Source of the DNA: Phoronis australis
Taxonomy: Eukaryota; Animalia; Phoronida
Length of the DNA: 64,000 nt
Direction of reading: 5' to 3'
Assembly (NCBI GenBank): GCA_002633005.1
Contig: NMRA01000078.1
Location: 1,004,233-1,068,232 of the forward strand
Part shown: in pieces, positions 1 to 13,827 of the stretch
How positions within the stretch are numbered: position 1 is the stretch's first letter
Layout: every line of letters starts with the position of its first letter
The notes under the pieces: generated by a model
The model's database searches: none
Told to the model about the DNA's origin: nothing
What the model saw: the letters and a program-made list of their open reading frames with translations, nothing else
Position numbers and translations under genes: made by a program

Positions 1-2
1 AG

Positions 3-62
3 GTAAAAACAAAAAATGGCCAGGACTTGGAGATCGAGATAAATCCGCAACTCCGCGTCAAG
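3..62 (+). CDS. Candidate coding exon VKTKNGQDLEIEINPQLRVK, resembling the N-terminal half of a ubiquitin-like domain
   Basis: AG at 1-2 and donor AAG|GTTAGT at 63; 60 nt, open, phase 0-0. Matches NEDD8-type [20 protein letters not shown] (recalled from memory) at 9/20 positions. The acceptor context lies outside the window and a second frame is also open. Confidence 0.45.
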
Positions 63-3000
63 GTTAGTATGAAAGACCCTTTAAAGTGTTAAAAATTTGT
101 TATTCCTGTTGTCACAAATTGTCTTTAGGATGCATAGCTGTTCCTCATCAAGCCATAGTAAAATTTCACCAATTTAAGACACAATATGACTGGTAAGTGA
201 AATTTAATTTTTTAATTTTCATAAAAGAGACAGTATCACAATTGTATTCTATACCTTTTTTAAGGTCTAGGCCACAGGCTACTGTCTGACAATGATTCTG
301 AGAAATTGTGGATATCACAAAGTTAGACGCGTTTGAGAAACGAAGAAAGATCAATTATGGCAATTATTTTTGTCCGAAATTGTTGATCTTTTACCACACT
401 GGTGTACCTAGCATCTGTATTGTTTGTTGTGACCCGAATTGTCTTGCATTGGTATAGCACTGTGCCTGCACTTGTTTTTAAACTATTCATTACATCCTTG
501 TTGGTATCACTTTGGTGTCAAAAATGTCTAAATTTATCTTTTAATGATATTTTGAAGGTACTACAGTCATTATTTATCTATAATTTAAATATTATAGTCA
601 AATTTCCGTGCTTAAATTGACATGCAGTAAAAGCAGTTGTGAACCCGGCTCTTAGGCATGCAACTGTCCCATTTGGCTGGTGTAAGTCGACACAACTTAA
701 CAAAGGTTTTATTTTCTTGGCTGAGAAAATGATTGCTTTATTACCCCCATGAGTTTTGAATAACCCAGCCCGAAATGTGAACTTTGACAACATGTCAGCT
801 GTTAGGGGTTGACTATGTCACTGCTTTTTTCGATAATGGATCAGCCGATCAGCTTAAATATATTCCTCGGAACTTGGATTGAACATGTGCTTGCTATCTT
901 CTTCGTTTTTGGAGTGCTCCAATAATGAAGTTGTCTAATTCGCATAGCAAAATGTTTTTCCTTGGTATGATATATCGGACATGTCTGCCAGTCATGCACA
1001 ATCAACTGGATCATTCATGGGTAACAGGGGGAGATAAGTAATGTATTGTTGTTGGCATGTAGGCAGCGTTACATCACGGTAAGTAAAATGGTTTTCAAAA
1101 ATCTAAAGGCAACGCTTCACATAAGCTGCGCCCTCTAGTCAGGCTATGTTATTCTTATCGTTGTTTTGTTAACGATGTACCCTTCTTGTTTTTGCTAAAT
1201 TTTACTAAAGGACATGGTCACATATCACTTAGTTAAAATCTGTTGTTGTGTTAGTTGATATTTGGCTAAATACAGTGACTTAGATAAGGTCCTACCATAA
1301 CATGATTGCATAGCAAAAATTGGACGTGGTCACATAATTGTAATGCTGTAACTTAGTGACACTGAAGGTATCAGCCTGTTTGACTTGTTTCTTTATTTTT
1401 GGGACTTGTACCAAACTATCTGTTAAAGCTGCTGTGCGGCATACTGCGCTTGACAGCAATGCTGCCTCAATGCTCGACACATCTTGGTGTTGGGTGACTA
1501 ATATGAACTCATGATGAAAAAAAATTGGCAAGAGAGCAACAAAATCAGTTCTAAAACTTAGAAAACATTTCCTAGACGTTCTTAAAAACTGAAACTGTGA
1601 TCAATTATCCGCTACATGAGAGGAATCAATAAGGAAATCTCAAAAGGCTTTGAATTAACTCAGTTCAAATACGTTGTAAAGTTTGGTTAAAAAATATGCC
1701 ATCTGATGAGTCCTTTAAGTAATTATCAAGAGTTGTTGACGTACATGAGTTTATAAAGTACACCAGAAATTCCTAATAGCAACTGTGCTTGGCTTGTTGG
1801 TAGTCTATAGTTACAAACTGACACACCATCACCAACAAAATCTGCAAAATAGCAAATCTTGCAAAAGATGATACTCGGAATTCATATTTACAAAAGCGAT
1901 TCCTGAAATGTTTGAGTCGTACTATGAGGTAAAATTCTTCAGTTTGGGACACAATATTGGCTGACAGATGAAATTTTATTTTGTTTAATTTCTCAACAAA
2001 AGTAACCTTTCAGAAAAATTTATTTTTTTTTAGTATGGTTTGTATAGTGTAGCTATTACCAAACAACATTTGCTAAAATTGTGAGCATTTGCAACAATTT
2101 TGAAGTCCCTGAAAAATAGAAATTAGGCAATTTAATATATAGGAATTTTTTGTCCCAAATTCAAGAATTTTGAACATAATTGGCAGACAAGTCCTGTAAC
2201 CCTAGTATAAACGTCATTTCTATCATGCCCACTGAATGCATGCTAATGCGTTTGTCATAAATGATGTATGATCATATTAGTGCTCTTTGTTTTGGTTCGT
2301 CACTACGTCGAGTTTGAATTTTGTCATGACCCTTACTTGCGTCAGGTTTGAAAACCTATGCAACGACTTAAAAATATCAGGGGATTAATAATTTGTTAAG
2401 CAAAAATTTTGGAACATTTTGGATTTTTGGTAGCAGTTAATTGCATTTATTTCAAGACTTAACACGCAGCTTCCCACAGTGTGGGTAGACATGGACGTTC
2501 AAATATGCATGAATTTTGTAATTCCAGTCACATTTGAAGTTTCTGTTGTGGAGAAAACTGGATACCTATAGAATCGTGTCAGACTTTGCTCATATATGAC
2601 ACCATGCAATCAGTGTTTGTACTAAAATGTACTATTGGTACTCAAATCACTGGGATGTGTCCAAGATTGCCTTAACGCAAATGATGGGACCGGAGAAAAA
2701 AAAACGCAATAAGACCCTTAACTTTGAGGCCTCATTGAGCCTCAATGCCACTTCCTTCACAATTATAAATGGATAACTGTTTTATCTTGCAACAGTTTTA
2801 ACTTTGTGAGTCACTTTGCAAGCCAAGCACCAACTGTATTTTACAAAACCATTGAACAAACATAAAATTTTAAAACGTGTATAAAGCTGCATCAATGACA
2901 TTTTGTTGATCAGTTTTAGCATTATTCAAACTTTAAGCAGATGTGTCATGAGTATGACAATGTATTTGGTTTCTGTTTTTTTTGTTGTTTATTTAAGTGC

Positions 3001-4152
3001 TATCACAACCATTTATGTGACATCATGGCTGCCTGAATTGTGAAATACGTGAACAATGAACCAGTGTCACCTGCCCCCACCTGAAGACCTGAGGCCCACC
3101 TGACCCGTGACTCCAGGAGTGCATCTTCTAATTGGCTAGATTCGAGTCACATGACCTGGCCATCTGAGTTGGACATTTGATTGGCTTTTTCTTTATCAAG
3201 CTTGTGTGATTCAATTTATTAAATTTTGTTCCTAAATTGTTCCCAGAACATGGCTAGTCTGCCTGTAGTTGAGACTGTTTGGGTTAAAGGGTGTTTTTGC
3301 TGACTTAGAGCATTTAGATAAAGATCTACCATATTATGGACAAGGGTAGATAGTTAGAAATTATATAATGTGCAGTCCAAGAACATATCGTATGTTGTTG
3401 CATGCACACATTTGTTTTTTATCTTTTACTATAGGTTGTGTAAAAATTATGCACAACTTTTGACATAAATTTATGTTGTTTGTAAGTCGTATATTAGAAC
3501 CAGGACACAATCCTTGGGGTTAGGTATTTACAGTCTTGCAGTATCTACTGTGGTTATAACTTGAGCTGAGTTCAGTGAAGCATTAAGGTCAAATAGCTAC
3601 CATGACAATCAGTTCTGTGACTTGAAAACAATGTTGAACTTGTGTGTTGAAGATAATGCACTGGAGTTGGTGTGTTTTTCATGCTGGTCCTTTCAACTTG
3701 CCTGTATAGGTGGCTACTTGGACTTCCTAAACAGTGAAATAGAAAAACAAACATGTCAGCTGCAGCCTCAATTCAAGTTAGGTCAATTTTGCTCCACCAT
3801 TCAACAATTGACTGGTCATTCAAACTTTGCTTCAGATATTGAAAAGGTGATGATTATATGTTTGGTCAAACTAGGTCCGAAACCCTGGGTGGGTGTTTTG
3901 TTCCCCAAAACTGTGTGGGTTTTCATATAATGGTAGGGTTTTGTTGCCTGACCTTCAAAGTCCATATTACCGAGTTTCCTAGGCAAATGAGTAGAGTACC
4001 TGAGGCAATATCAAATGAAAAAGGTTTTTTGAGATAATATCAAGTGATGAGAATGTTTCTGAGGCTGTACCAAATGGTGAAGTAGCCTTACCGCTGAGCC
4101 TTGTAACATGCAAGACTCAATCTGCTCAGCAATGTATTACCAAACAATTTCT

Positions 4153-4309
4153 AGCCAGTGGGTTAGTCCCAAACATTCCAGCCAGTGGGTAAGACCCAAA
4201 CATTCCAGCCAGTGGGTTAGTCCCAAACATCCCAGCCAGTGGGTTAGTCCCAAACATTCCAGCCAGTGGGTTAGTCCCAAACATTCCAGCCAGTGGGTTA
4301 GTCCCAAAC
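4153..4309. repeat. 27-bp minisatellite, about 5.8 copies (AGCCAGTGGGTTAGTCCCAAACATTCC)
   Basis: Units start at 4153, 4180, 4207, 4234, 4261 and 4288; near-identical, head-to-tail, no spacers. Confidence 0.95.
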
Positions 4310-5278
4310 TGACAATCGCCCCTTCATCGATATTTTTTAAGTAATTAAAGTTCACAAGTGAACAGAAATACAATTTCCAAAATTAAACTTTTTTCATTTT
4401 TCAAAGCTTCTACCCAATGAACAAGGGGCCTAAATTTTAGGTTCTGATTTGACCCCCTTTTCTGGAAAAATGCTCCGAAATGATAGAAACCCCCTTCACA
4501 AATTTCCATCTTGTAGGTGTATGCGCATTCTTTTTCCACAAACATGTTCTAAAAATACTTGCTTTCTCCCAGGCGCTATTGTAGGATCAGTTGAGATACA
4601 AAATATGAGACCCTTTCCATGAAATTCTCTGAATTTTTAATACCTTTTTTACTGAATCAATTTTTTCGGGAATTGACTTCACGGACCACAAAAACAACTC
4701 CTTTTTCTCGTTAATTCTTGTTTGCATATGCATACCAGTGTACCCACAGGAAATTCCCCCCCCCCGCGAAATTCCCTTGTCTGCCATATTGTGTCTTAAA
4801 TTGGTGCAAATTTACTGTGGTGGAGCTATGTGTGCCATCGCGTGCTCCTAAAACTACGTTGCTAGTCTACGCGAGCTGGCATTGTCTATAGTCGCGCTCA
4901 TTTTCTATGTACACCCTGCTGTCTAGAACTAAATACCATTAAATATTAATTAACATGTACTGTCATGACCTCTGGCCTGTAGCAAGCAGAATCATTGTCA
5001 TATGGCAGTTGGATACTGGAAACTTTTCAATGATTGGTAAAGGGAGAAATCAGAAAGATAAAAGCTGTTATATGAAATAACTGCTCGACAAGTTTTTTGT
5101 TCAAAGGCAATTTAGGTGAGAGACCATATAGAATTTAGTGGGTGGTAAACATTCATTAATTTGTAAGGAAAAACAATTGCAAAATTGCCATTTTCATCTA
5201 TTCTGACAATAACGTTGTGGTCGCATCTGTAAGCCAACATCCTGTGTGTCCGTTGTTACCTCTGTTAGTCCATTAATT

Positions 5279-6636
5279 ACGGTAAACATTCTCTAGTTTG
5301 GAACAATGTCAATTTTGGGACATGGAAATTCAACCACAGTTGATTCTGAAGATTGGGAAATGAGCAATTTTGGCGTGGATTATATTTCTCAAATATCAGA
5401 TTCCGCGTCCTGTATCCGTAACGTGAAATGATCGTGATAGAATTTTTTGGGGTTATATGGATTATATACTTGACACGCTTTTATCAGTGATTTCAGAACT
5501 AATGTTTCACATGCGTGTTTGTGGATGGTATAACCACCAAATAACTATGTCGGGTCGAACCGCTGTTCAGCATTGATCGTAGTGTGGTGGTCTTAAACAA
5601 TAATTTTCGAGGAAAATAGATGGAATTTTGAAGCAAAAATTTTCGATAAATTTTCCACAATTTTAGTGTCATTTTTCGTCCAACTTCCTTCCAGATTTTC
5701 GCCATGACTTACTACAAAAATTGTTAACGCTTGAAATCAGTGTCATTTTTGGTCAGATTTTCATCGGGATTTTCGCTTTACGACAAAAATGTATTATGTG
5801 CTTGAACACGGTCACCTGTCGCTCTCATTTTGAAACGGCAAAAAATGACGAAATTTCACAGCTCACACATGTGATCATGACACCGAAGAGAGTGGATTAC
5901 TTGGAACACTGTGACACTGTGCGGATTCATAAATTCGTGAAATTTGTTACTTTCTCAGGAATTTTAACTCGGGTTTATTGATATTCCACGCAAATTTCTG
6001 TGAATTTACTTTGAAATTATCAGTGTAAATTGAAGTCTTAACGAATATTAAAATTGAAAACAAAGGAAACTGCTTTGCCGCGTACTAATACTAAAAGTTA
6101 CTTCAAACTAGGCTGATCTGACCGAAGTGACCTCGGCTAAAACATACTTCACCGATATTTACGGAGAGAGCACGTACGAAGGTCAAAAGTTTATGAAGAT
6201 TTCGAATATTCTATTTAAATCCATCAGAAGAGCGAAAAAGTGAAAACAGACGTGTTGTTTTGTTAGGGAACTCTTATCTTAACCCCATCATCTAATGTGT
6301 ATTAGCGTGAAAATCGCATGTTACCCGCCAAATAAATGCATGTGGTTTACTCAGGAATTTTGACGGACCTGAAAATGAGGGGAGGATTTTCGGGTGGTCT
6401 ATCACAACCATAACACGTTATGCAACAGAGCCGGATAATAGACTTGTCAGTTGTTAAAATTGCCAATTCGCATCTCCACCATGTGTAACATCAAAGTGAA
6501 CGACTGGTCATGTTGCTGATGTTAATTCTTGAATTTGAGATGACCAATATTGCTCATTTCTAAAGTTTGGCCCAAGCTCCAGCCTTGAGCAAAATAATGA
6601 ATTTCTCAACGTCTGAAATTGGAGAATTTTTACGAA
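5279..6636. mobile_element. Degenerate non-autonomous DNA transposon with inverted ends (CGGTAAA..TTCTC.A.TTT family, probably Tc1/mariner-type)
   Basis: Left end CGGTAAACATTCTCTAGTTT...AAATGAGCAATTTTGG is mirrored by CCAATATTGCTCATTTC...AAATTGGAGAATTTTTACG at 6544-6633. Related ends at 29901-30143 and a related left arm near 31442-31585. Boundaries approximate. Confidence 0.5.
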
Positions 6637-6700
6637 ATATCTCGAAATGATGTAATTTGGTAGTAACACATCAGATAACACCGCAAAAGTGGATACGGAT

Positions 6701-6906
6701 CAGTTGACACGGAACAGGATGATCGAAGGCGCAAGTATGTGTGTAAAGCGACGGGCTGACACGGAGCAAATTGACACCATGGTGACGGCTTTTGTCACCT
6801 GGTTGTGAGGTAGAGCAAATTGCGCCTGGTCGTCTTGCTCCGTGTCAACTATATGTCTAAATTCGAAACTGGGGAAAGACGGAAAGCATCCTCTGTATTG
6901 CGCTTG
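6701..6906. repeat. Dispersed repeat (CTGACACGGAGCAA-motif MITE family), homologous to 19124-19277
   Basis: Colinear match including GGAGCAAA(T/C)TGACACC, TTGTGAGGTAGAGCAA, TCTTGCTCC(G/A)TGTCAA and CGAAACTGGGG. Confidence 0.8.
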
Positions 6907-7794
6907 CACAAAAAATGGACATATATACATGTGATCATTGTGGCGTAATTTCTATGATTTGCCAGTGAGGTGTTCAGTGCCTTGTCTTCTAACTATCACC
7001 ATTTATTTTATTAGGAAATTATCAGAATATTACACACAGTTTACAGTCAAGACTGGGTTCATTTCAAATACTTGGTGATGTACAGTAGGTCTACAGATGA
7101 AAGCGTTAATCAGCTGATTAAAAAATTATTGAAGCAAAACTGAATGTCACGACTAGTTGGTGAACCAAACCTCAACTAATGTGGGAAGTCGGCACTGTGA
7201 AAAGTGTAGAAGCAAGTGCCATACATGTCACACAACCATTAACTTGCAGGCATCGAAATTGCGATCTCGTGAACACATTTATCTTGAGAAATAATATAGC
7301 AAATATAAGTGCATGAAAATCAAGCCCTTCCAAAGAACATATTCACTCGAAGATTCGACTTTTTATATTTCGCTTGTCACTCCGTCATTTGCTTTTTTTA
7401 CCTACCGATGTACTCAAGGACGGAAGCATTCACTGGGCTCATTGGCTGGCATTCGGGTCACCACATGACATCGTTAGGTAAAAAACTTAAGAGTAGAAGA
7501 TGGCAGACGATTTGATTCGCTGTTGTTAGAGGAAGGTTAAAAGATTCGAAATGTAACCAGTAAGACCGTTTGCGGTTTTCTAAACATGTCAAAGGAATTT
7601 GATTTTGTTAGATCAAACAGCATGAACAAAAATTTTCCCCCCATTTTTGTTTATATTCATTTCACCCAGTGGTGAAAAGCCCTGCAGTGGAACTTCAGCT
7701 CAGCTTAAGAGCTGAGTATTGGCTATGTCACAAATAATTGGAGAAATTAGAAGCACCGTAACAACAACAACAGTAACGCTTCACACCGATCATC

Positions 7795-7934
7795 TTGCGC
7801 CGTGTCAGTTGCGCCATGTCAGTTGCGCCATGTCAGTTGCACCGTGTCAGTTGCGCCGTGTCAGCAGTGCCGTGTCAGTAGTGCGGTGTCAGTCGCGCTG
7901 TGTCAGTTGCGTCATGTCAGTTGCGTCGTGTCAA
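7795..7934. repeat. 14-bp minisatellite x10 (TTGCGCCGTGTCAG) at the end of a MITE-like element
   Basis: Ten tandem units followed by AAGTTAATGTCTAAAGGG. The same unit and a similar tail (AAAAGTTGATGTCTAATCGGG) end the 19124-19463 element. Confidence 0.9.
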
Positions 7935-10900
7935 AAGTTAATGTCTAAAGGGTCTCTTGTCCCTTGTTTTTCTCACAAGAGGATTTGAGGGATTTTGACG
8001 TCTTTTGACGCCGGGATACATGTCAGAGAGACATTCTGGTAGCCATATTTGTACCATACACACTTTGCTGACAAAAGGGAAAACATTCCAATGAGATATT
8101 TTAGTCAAAAAAATTGGCAAATATAAATTCCACTGAGATGTAGTGAATAGTTTTTGCAGTCTGTCTATTTTCTTCCATGACGCTTTTGGGACAGAGTAAA
8201 CAATATATGAATTTCTAATTCTTAAACCAGTATGGAAATGTTAATCACAAACATTTTTACGTCTGGTCAGCACCTGCGACAGTAAACAATATTCAAAATT
8301 TGGTAAACCAAAATTGGAGAGGACCAGAACCAGACCATAACTTTTGAAATACATAAAGCAACATTTTTTCTTGGAATGAACCTAAATGACACTTCGATTT
8401 CTGGAAGTTTTCTGTGATTTTTAGAATTTGCCATGGTCTTCATGCAATAATTGTTCTTGAGTTATCAGATCCAAAGGCAATGGCCACACTACGATCTTTG
8501 CAATGTCTTGGAGATACCCTCAATGAAAGCAGACATTTGAACCCGTCCAACCGAGAAATTTTCTTGGAGACATTTTGAAATATACCTCCCTCATCAAAAA
8601 TGCCCTTTTTGTTTCATATTGGGAAACTTGTAGCAATTTCAGTGAACAATTATCAAATCAAATTAACCAAGTTAATATGTGGAAAGCTACATTTGCCAAT
8701 CAAATTTGTGCAGACTACTCTATTTTCAATACACGATTGATACATCTTGGTTTTACAGTTAGAAAAGATGTCTGTGCCCTAGGTTATGGCACATCATGTA
8801 CATCGGAAGATTCCTTCTGTAAATTAGGCTTCTATGGCTAAACTAGCAAAGTCACTGTATAGTTCTAGTTTAGGTGGATACCTTTTGAGGCATTTAGGGT
8901 CTTGAAATCCTTCCAACTCAAACAAATGCTTTTTATCGACACTGTCCATCGTTCCATCAACGAAATTGAACACGGAATGCCATTATAGTCAGTGTGTTCG
9001 AGGTCAAGCGGAAACGTACAGAAAGTTATGGGGGAGGCCATGGGTCATCTGCTAGCCACGCAAATGTTGCGCTATAGGAAAAGTGCAAGAGTATTGCTAA
9101 CTGAGGTCATAGGTTTGAATCCAGTTAATGGCATGTACTTTTTGTGAATATCATTTGAAAATAATATTTTCGTGTTCGGTTTGCTATTCATTGACTAAGT
9201 TCTGGAAAGTCTTTATTTGTGAAAACGAAATTAGAACAATTTAATTGACGGTAAATTTTTCACTATTTCGCACAAAAATAATTGTTAAAATTTTTATTTT
9301 TCTGTTCAAAGGCTGGTTACTTGAAAATGTGTGTTACATTTACTAAATGTTGTTTTGAGACGTCCGGATTCTACAAACCAAGCTAACACGGACTGAAATT
9401 TTCATAAGATTTATTTTTTAAGAAATGTGACGAAATGAAATTTCATTTGTCAGCCATACTGTCTGCTAAATAGATGCACAAGTATTGCGTCGCCTCGTAT
9501 TTATGTGATATGGATAGTGGTGCTTCAGTTGTTTACTCTACAGTAATTCTCTTCTTGTTTTGTTCTTAGATAATTGTCAAAATTGCCATTTTCCACTTTT
9601 CCAATGTTCATTACTTCACTGCGTATAACAGAAAATTTATGCACTCGGTATAAACTGTTATGGACTAAAATTGTCAACTTTATTTTTGAGTAGAAATTCG
9701 ACAAAATACAACACTTGTCGGCTATATTGTGTGCTATGGTAATACGTAAGTGAAGAATTACTGTTCCATGCGTTTTCGCAGTGTTCACCTCCATGATGTA
9801 TCATCATCTCCTTTTTGTTCAGTTCTTTTTTATTTTCACCAGATGTGGCTCTCTGGAGCGCTTTCATATGTATTGTACGAATTGTTACTTTTTTGTGCTA
9901 ACGATTTCTCTGTTTTTAAGCATGATTTAATGGCTTGTGCGGATGATTCGAAGGTATCGTCGTAGGGGATGGTTTCAATTCTCTTGTGTTTTACGTACAT
10001 GTCGAGTTTTAAGCTCAAGCAAATAAAAGTGTACAGCTTTCATTGTAAGCGTGCAGTGTCTTTACACTTAACTTCGCAATTAAGTTGGCATTCTGTCCCA
10101 AAAAGTAAACTTTTAATGTAGTCCGTTTGTCACGGTTCCTTAGTCAGATGAGAAGTGATGATTCTGAGTTCGAAGAACTGACGGTTCGTATTTTGTTGGT
10201 AGACCATAGCCTGCACATAAAATGTTAGGTTGGTGACAAGTCAATTTGTAGTCTCTGAACTGAAGCAGTGACCAAACGTCAGTTTTTTTAGCGTGTACAT
10301 GACACATCATCCCTACCTTGCGATTACTTCGATGAAAACAGGGTCACTTACTGTTTACTTCGATATCCATTAACTTCCGAAGCCGAACGGTTCAGTTAAC
10401 TTTGCAGTTAAAGCCAATGCACCGCTCAGACTGGAGCTAAGTGATTATGAAAGGACCTGAAAACTGAAATCATCTCCAATTTTGACTAAGGAACAATTTG
10501 AAACCAATATTGTCATGTTAAGTTTTATGGATGGCGGGCTTATTGCTGCTTTAAAGGAAATCATAATTATCATATTTCTGTAGAAGAGTTGAATATGTAA
10601 AAAAGAATTACTTCCTTATGTACATTTACCACATTGGATAAAACTCGTGAAATTTGGAGCATTTTTTAGATTACAGCAAGCCTTTTGAATTGTTACAAGT
10701 CAAAGTTATGAGAAAAGTTCTGTATTAGTTATAAAACTCAATGTTTTGTATGTTATGTACAATAAAATGTTAATAGAATTCTTAAGAAGCCCAGGTAAGT
10801 TGACTACTATGTGTTTAAGGTAATTGCATTTGGCGTGGAAATTACCCATAATGACTTACTATTGGCACTAACACTAGATATAGTGAATAGTGTTGTGAAT

Positions 10901-11883
10901 GGGTTGCTTGTTAATTACCTTCTTAATGGGATTGCAATGACATTTTTCTTGACTGTAAATCACCGGGAATAATTTATGGGCATAAAAACATCCTATTTGC
11001 ACCTGACTGTATCAATAATTATTTGCCCACTTATCTGACGGAGATTTATCATCTTGTAAGATACTGGCGGATGCAATTGTTTTGATTTAAGGACCTTATG
11101 AACTACTTCCTGTATTTAGCAAAATGTGTAGATTTTAACTTCTTGGTAAAGGCATAGAACTCTGGGCTGATTGTAGAGACTGCCGAATCTGATTTTTGAC
11201 TTTTTACCAATCTGCTGTTAATTGGGTCACGTAACCAGGCCATGTTGGTAAAATTAAGCAAAAAGGAAAAATACATTGATAGAAAATCAATTGTATCAAT
11301 GACGTGACCAAATTTCATTCGATGTATTAATTTTCAAGGTGAGCTATTGAAAATGGTGTTACAGATTTCTAAAAAATCCTTTTGTTTCCATTTCATGCAA
11401 CATACGATTATTCACAAAAATCATTTAAGTCCTGTTTTGGTAGCCCCTCATGCAAAAGTGGAACGTTTTAAAAACAATTCCTACCTGCTTTCTGAGAACT
11501 GCACATAGTGCATAGTGTCTGAAAAGTTCACATGAATACGATCAGCCATTTCTGATATATAATGTTCCAAAGTCAAGTCAACTGTGGTCATTGTGATAAG
11601 ATCCTGCACAATCCTTAATGATATGTTTTAATACTGGAAATGCTTACAGTTGAACATAATGTTAGCTTAACAAGAAGGGAATAACGTTTCTTATGTACTG
11701 TAGTAGTTGGGTACAATTTCAGTGTCATATAAAGTCAAGAAGGTTTTGTGCTTGGAAATAACATCGTAAGTTCCAGACGTTATTTTTATTGTTACGTTAA
11801 TTAATTTAATTTCTGATTTGACTGCTCTTTTGATTTGGACAATTTTTAAGCTTAAAAATTTTGTTCTACATCCAGTCACCTCA

Positions 11884-13827
11884 TTTTTATGCACCTGCCA
11901 TATTATCGTCAGTTTTTCCGGGCATCTATCTGTCCGGTTGTCCGGATGTCTGCTTGTTGTTTCAAAAACCCCTTGTTGGTTTTTAACGAAATTTGACACA
12001 AGAGTGAAGCACATCACTAGAACAATAGGTGCCACTTTTGAATATGCTCCGCCCCTGATGAGTCATGGAATGCATGTTTTTTGTATTTTTATGTTTCTGG
12101 ATGATATCTAGAAACTGGACGGATTTCAATGAAACTTGACTCAAAGGTGTGTGATGTCAATGCACTGACACAATCAATTTTTCAGGGGAATTTGACCTTT
12201 TTGGCACTTCTTAGTGGCCATTTTGTTCTTGGGGAGGGGCTTTTCAATTGTTGTTATGGGGAGAAGAATGTTTCCGGATGATGTCTAGATAACTGAAGAG
12301 CAGACTGCATTGAAACTCGACACAGAGGTGTAGTATGATATTTCGGCAATATCATTTGATTTCCGGACACATTTGAGTACTGCAGTGCCTCCTAGTGGTA
12401 ATTATTTGAGAGAGTTTCCAGATGTCTAGAGAACGGACCGACAAATTTTAATGAAACTTGACACAATTAAAGGCGTGTGACATCTATATGCTGACACCAT
12501 TTAAATTTTGGCTAGATTCGACTACTGTAGCACCTCCTAGTGGTCATTTTGTTATCGACTAGAGCTTTTCAAGGGTTGTTTGGCGGAAGTTGTTTCCGGA
12601 TTATCTAGGGAACTGGTTGGAAGATTTCATTGAAACTTGACATGGAGGTATGTTATGAGATCATTATGACTTTCAGGTGGATTCATCTACTGTAGTGCCT
12701 CTTAAGTAGCCATTTTGTGTGAGACTGTTTCTGGATGATATGTGGAGAACTCAGAGTGCAGGATTTCTCAAGAATTAACACAGACTGAGAGGTTCGTGAT
12801 GACAGTGTGACAGCTCCATTAAATTGTCAGGCATATTCGACCACTGTAGCACCGAGAAGCCATTTTGTTTTTGACATGGGTTTTGTTTTGGGGAAGAGCA
12901 TTTCCAGATGATATATAAAGAACCGATTGACAGAGAGAGAAGGATTTCAATGCAAGGTGGCACAGATATGTTTGGGCAATGCCGCAGCACCATGAAGTTT
13001 CCAAGTGGATTTGGCCACTCTGGAGCACCCCTTAATAGCCATTTAGTTTTCGACGTGAGGGTTTTCTAGTTGTTTTGGGGGAACATCATTTCCAGATGAC
13101 AGCAAGAGAACCGACTGACGGATTTTGATAAAAGTTGACACAGAGGTATATGATGTTAGTGTGCCAGCACTATTTGATTTTCGGACAGATTCGACCAGTG
13201 CAACACCTAGTGGCTATTTCTGGAAGAACTGACTGAATGATGTCCTGCTCCGATTGATGGATTTTGACGAAACTCCACGCAGAGGCATGTGATGTCAATA
13301 CACCATAACCATTAAAATTTTCCATGGATTCGACTACTACAGTATCTCAGTGGCCATTTTGTTCTCATGGGTTTTCATGTGTTGTTTTGTGATGTCAACA
13401 AAACTTGACGTCACAGACATATGTGAAGTCATTGCGCCGGACCCCTCATTTCCGGTTAGGATTTGTCCATTACAGCATAGTGACAAGGAGCTGTTCACAT
13501 GTTGTTTGGGTCAATAGTGTTTCTGGATGGTATCTAGAGAATCGATCGATGGATTTTAATGAAACTTTACATTGCTATATATGTCGGCACCATTTTGTTC
13601 TCTTGAAGGGGCTTTTCAAGTTTTGTTTAGGCGAAGAGCGTTTCTGGTTTATATTGATAAAACTGATTGAAAAATTTCACTGAAACTTTACTCAGCGGTA
13701 ATGCGCCGGCAACATTTGATTTTCGGGCAAATTTATCTGCTACAGCACCTCCTGAGTAGTGGCCCTTGAAATCACACCGTATGTGATGTACCGTGGGAGC
13801 ATGTCAATGTCCCAGCGTTGAACTCAT
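11884..13827 (+). mobile_element. Helentron/DINE-like (HINE) non-autonomous element with internal ~145-180 bp tandem repeats
   Basis: T-run plus ATGCACC head, a TGTC/TCCG-like microsatellite at 11925-11952, and repeated units with GATTTCA..GAAACTTGAC and CCTCCTAGTGG. The 3' tail CACACCGT...CGTGGGAGCATGTCAATG resembles the tail of 41475-43262. Confidence 0.7.

Noticed and set aside
3622-3930. 102-aa ORF whose segment LNSEIEKQTCQLQPQFKL looks like a ubiquitin-like helix
   Set aside because: The available acceptor (3709) gives phase 1, incompatible with the phase-0 end of the Ubl reading of exon 3-62; the similarity is within chance.
4108-4373. Repetitive ORFs on both strands, or a possible CRISPR-like array
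   Set aside because: A pure tandem 27-mer with no unique spacers and no cas genes; the ORFs are a by-product of the unit length.
9100-9135. B-box-like GGTTTGAATCC suggesting a tRNA
   Set aside because: No cloverleaf; at most a decayed SINE head.
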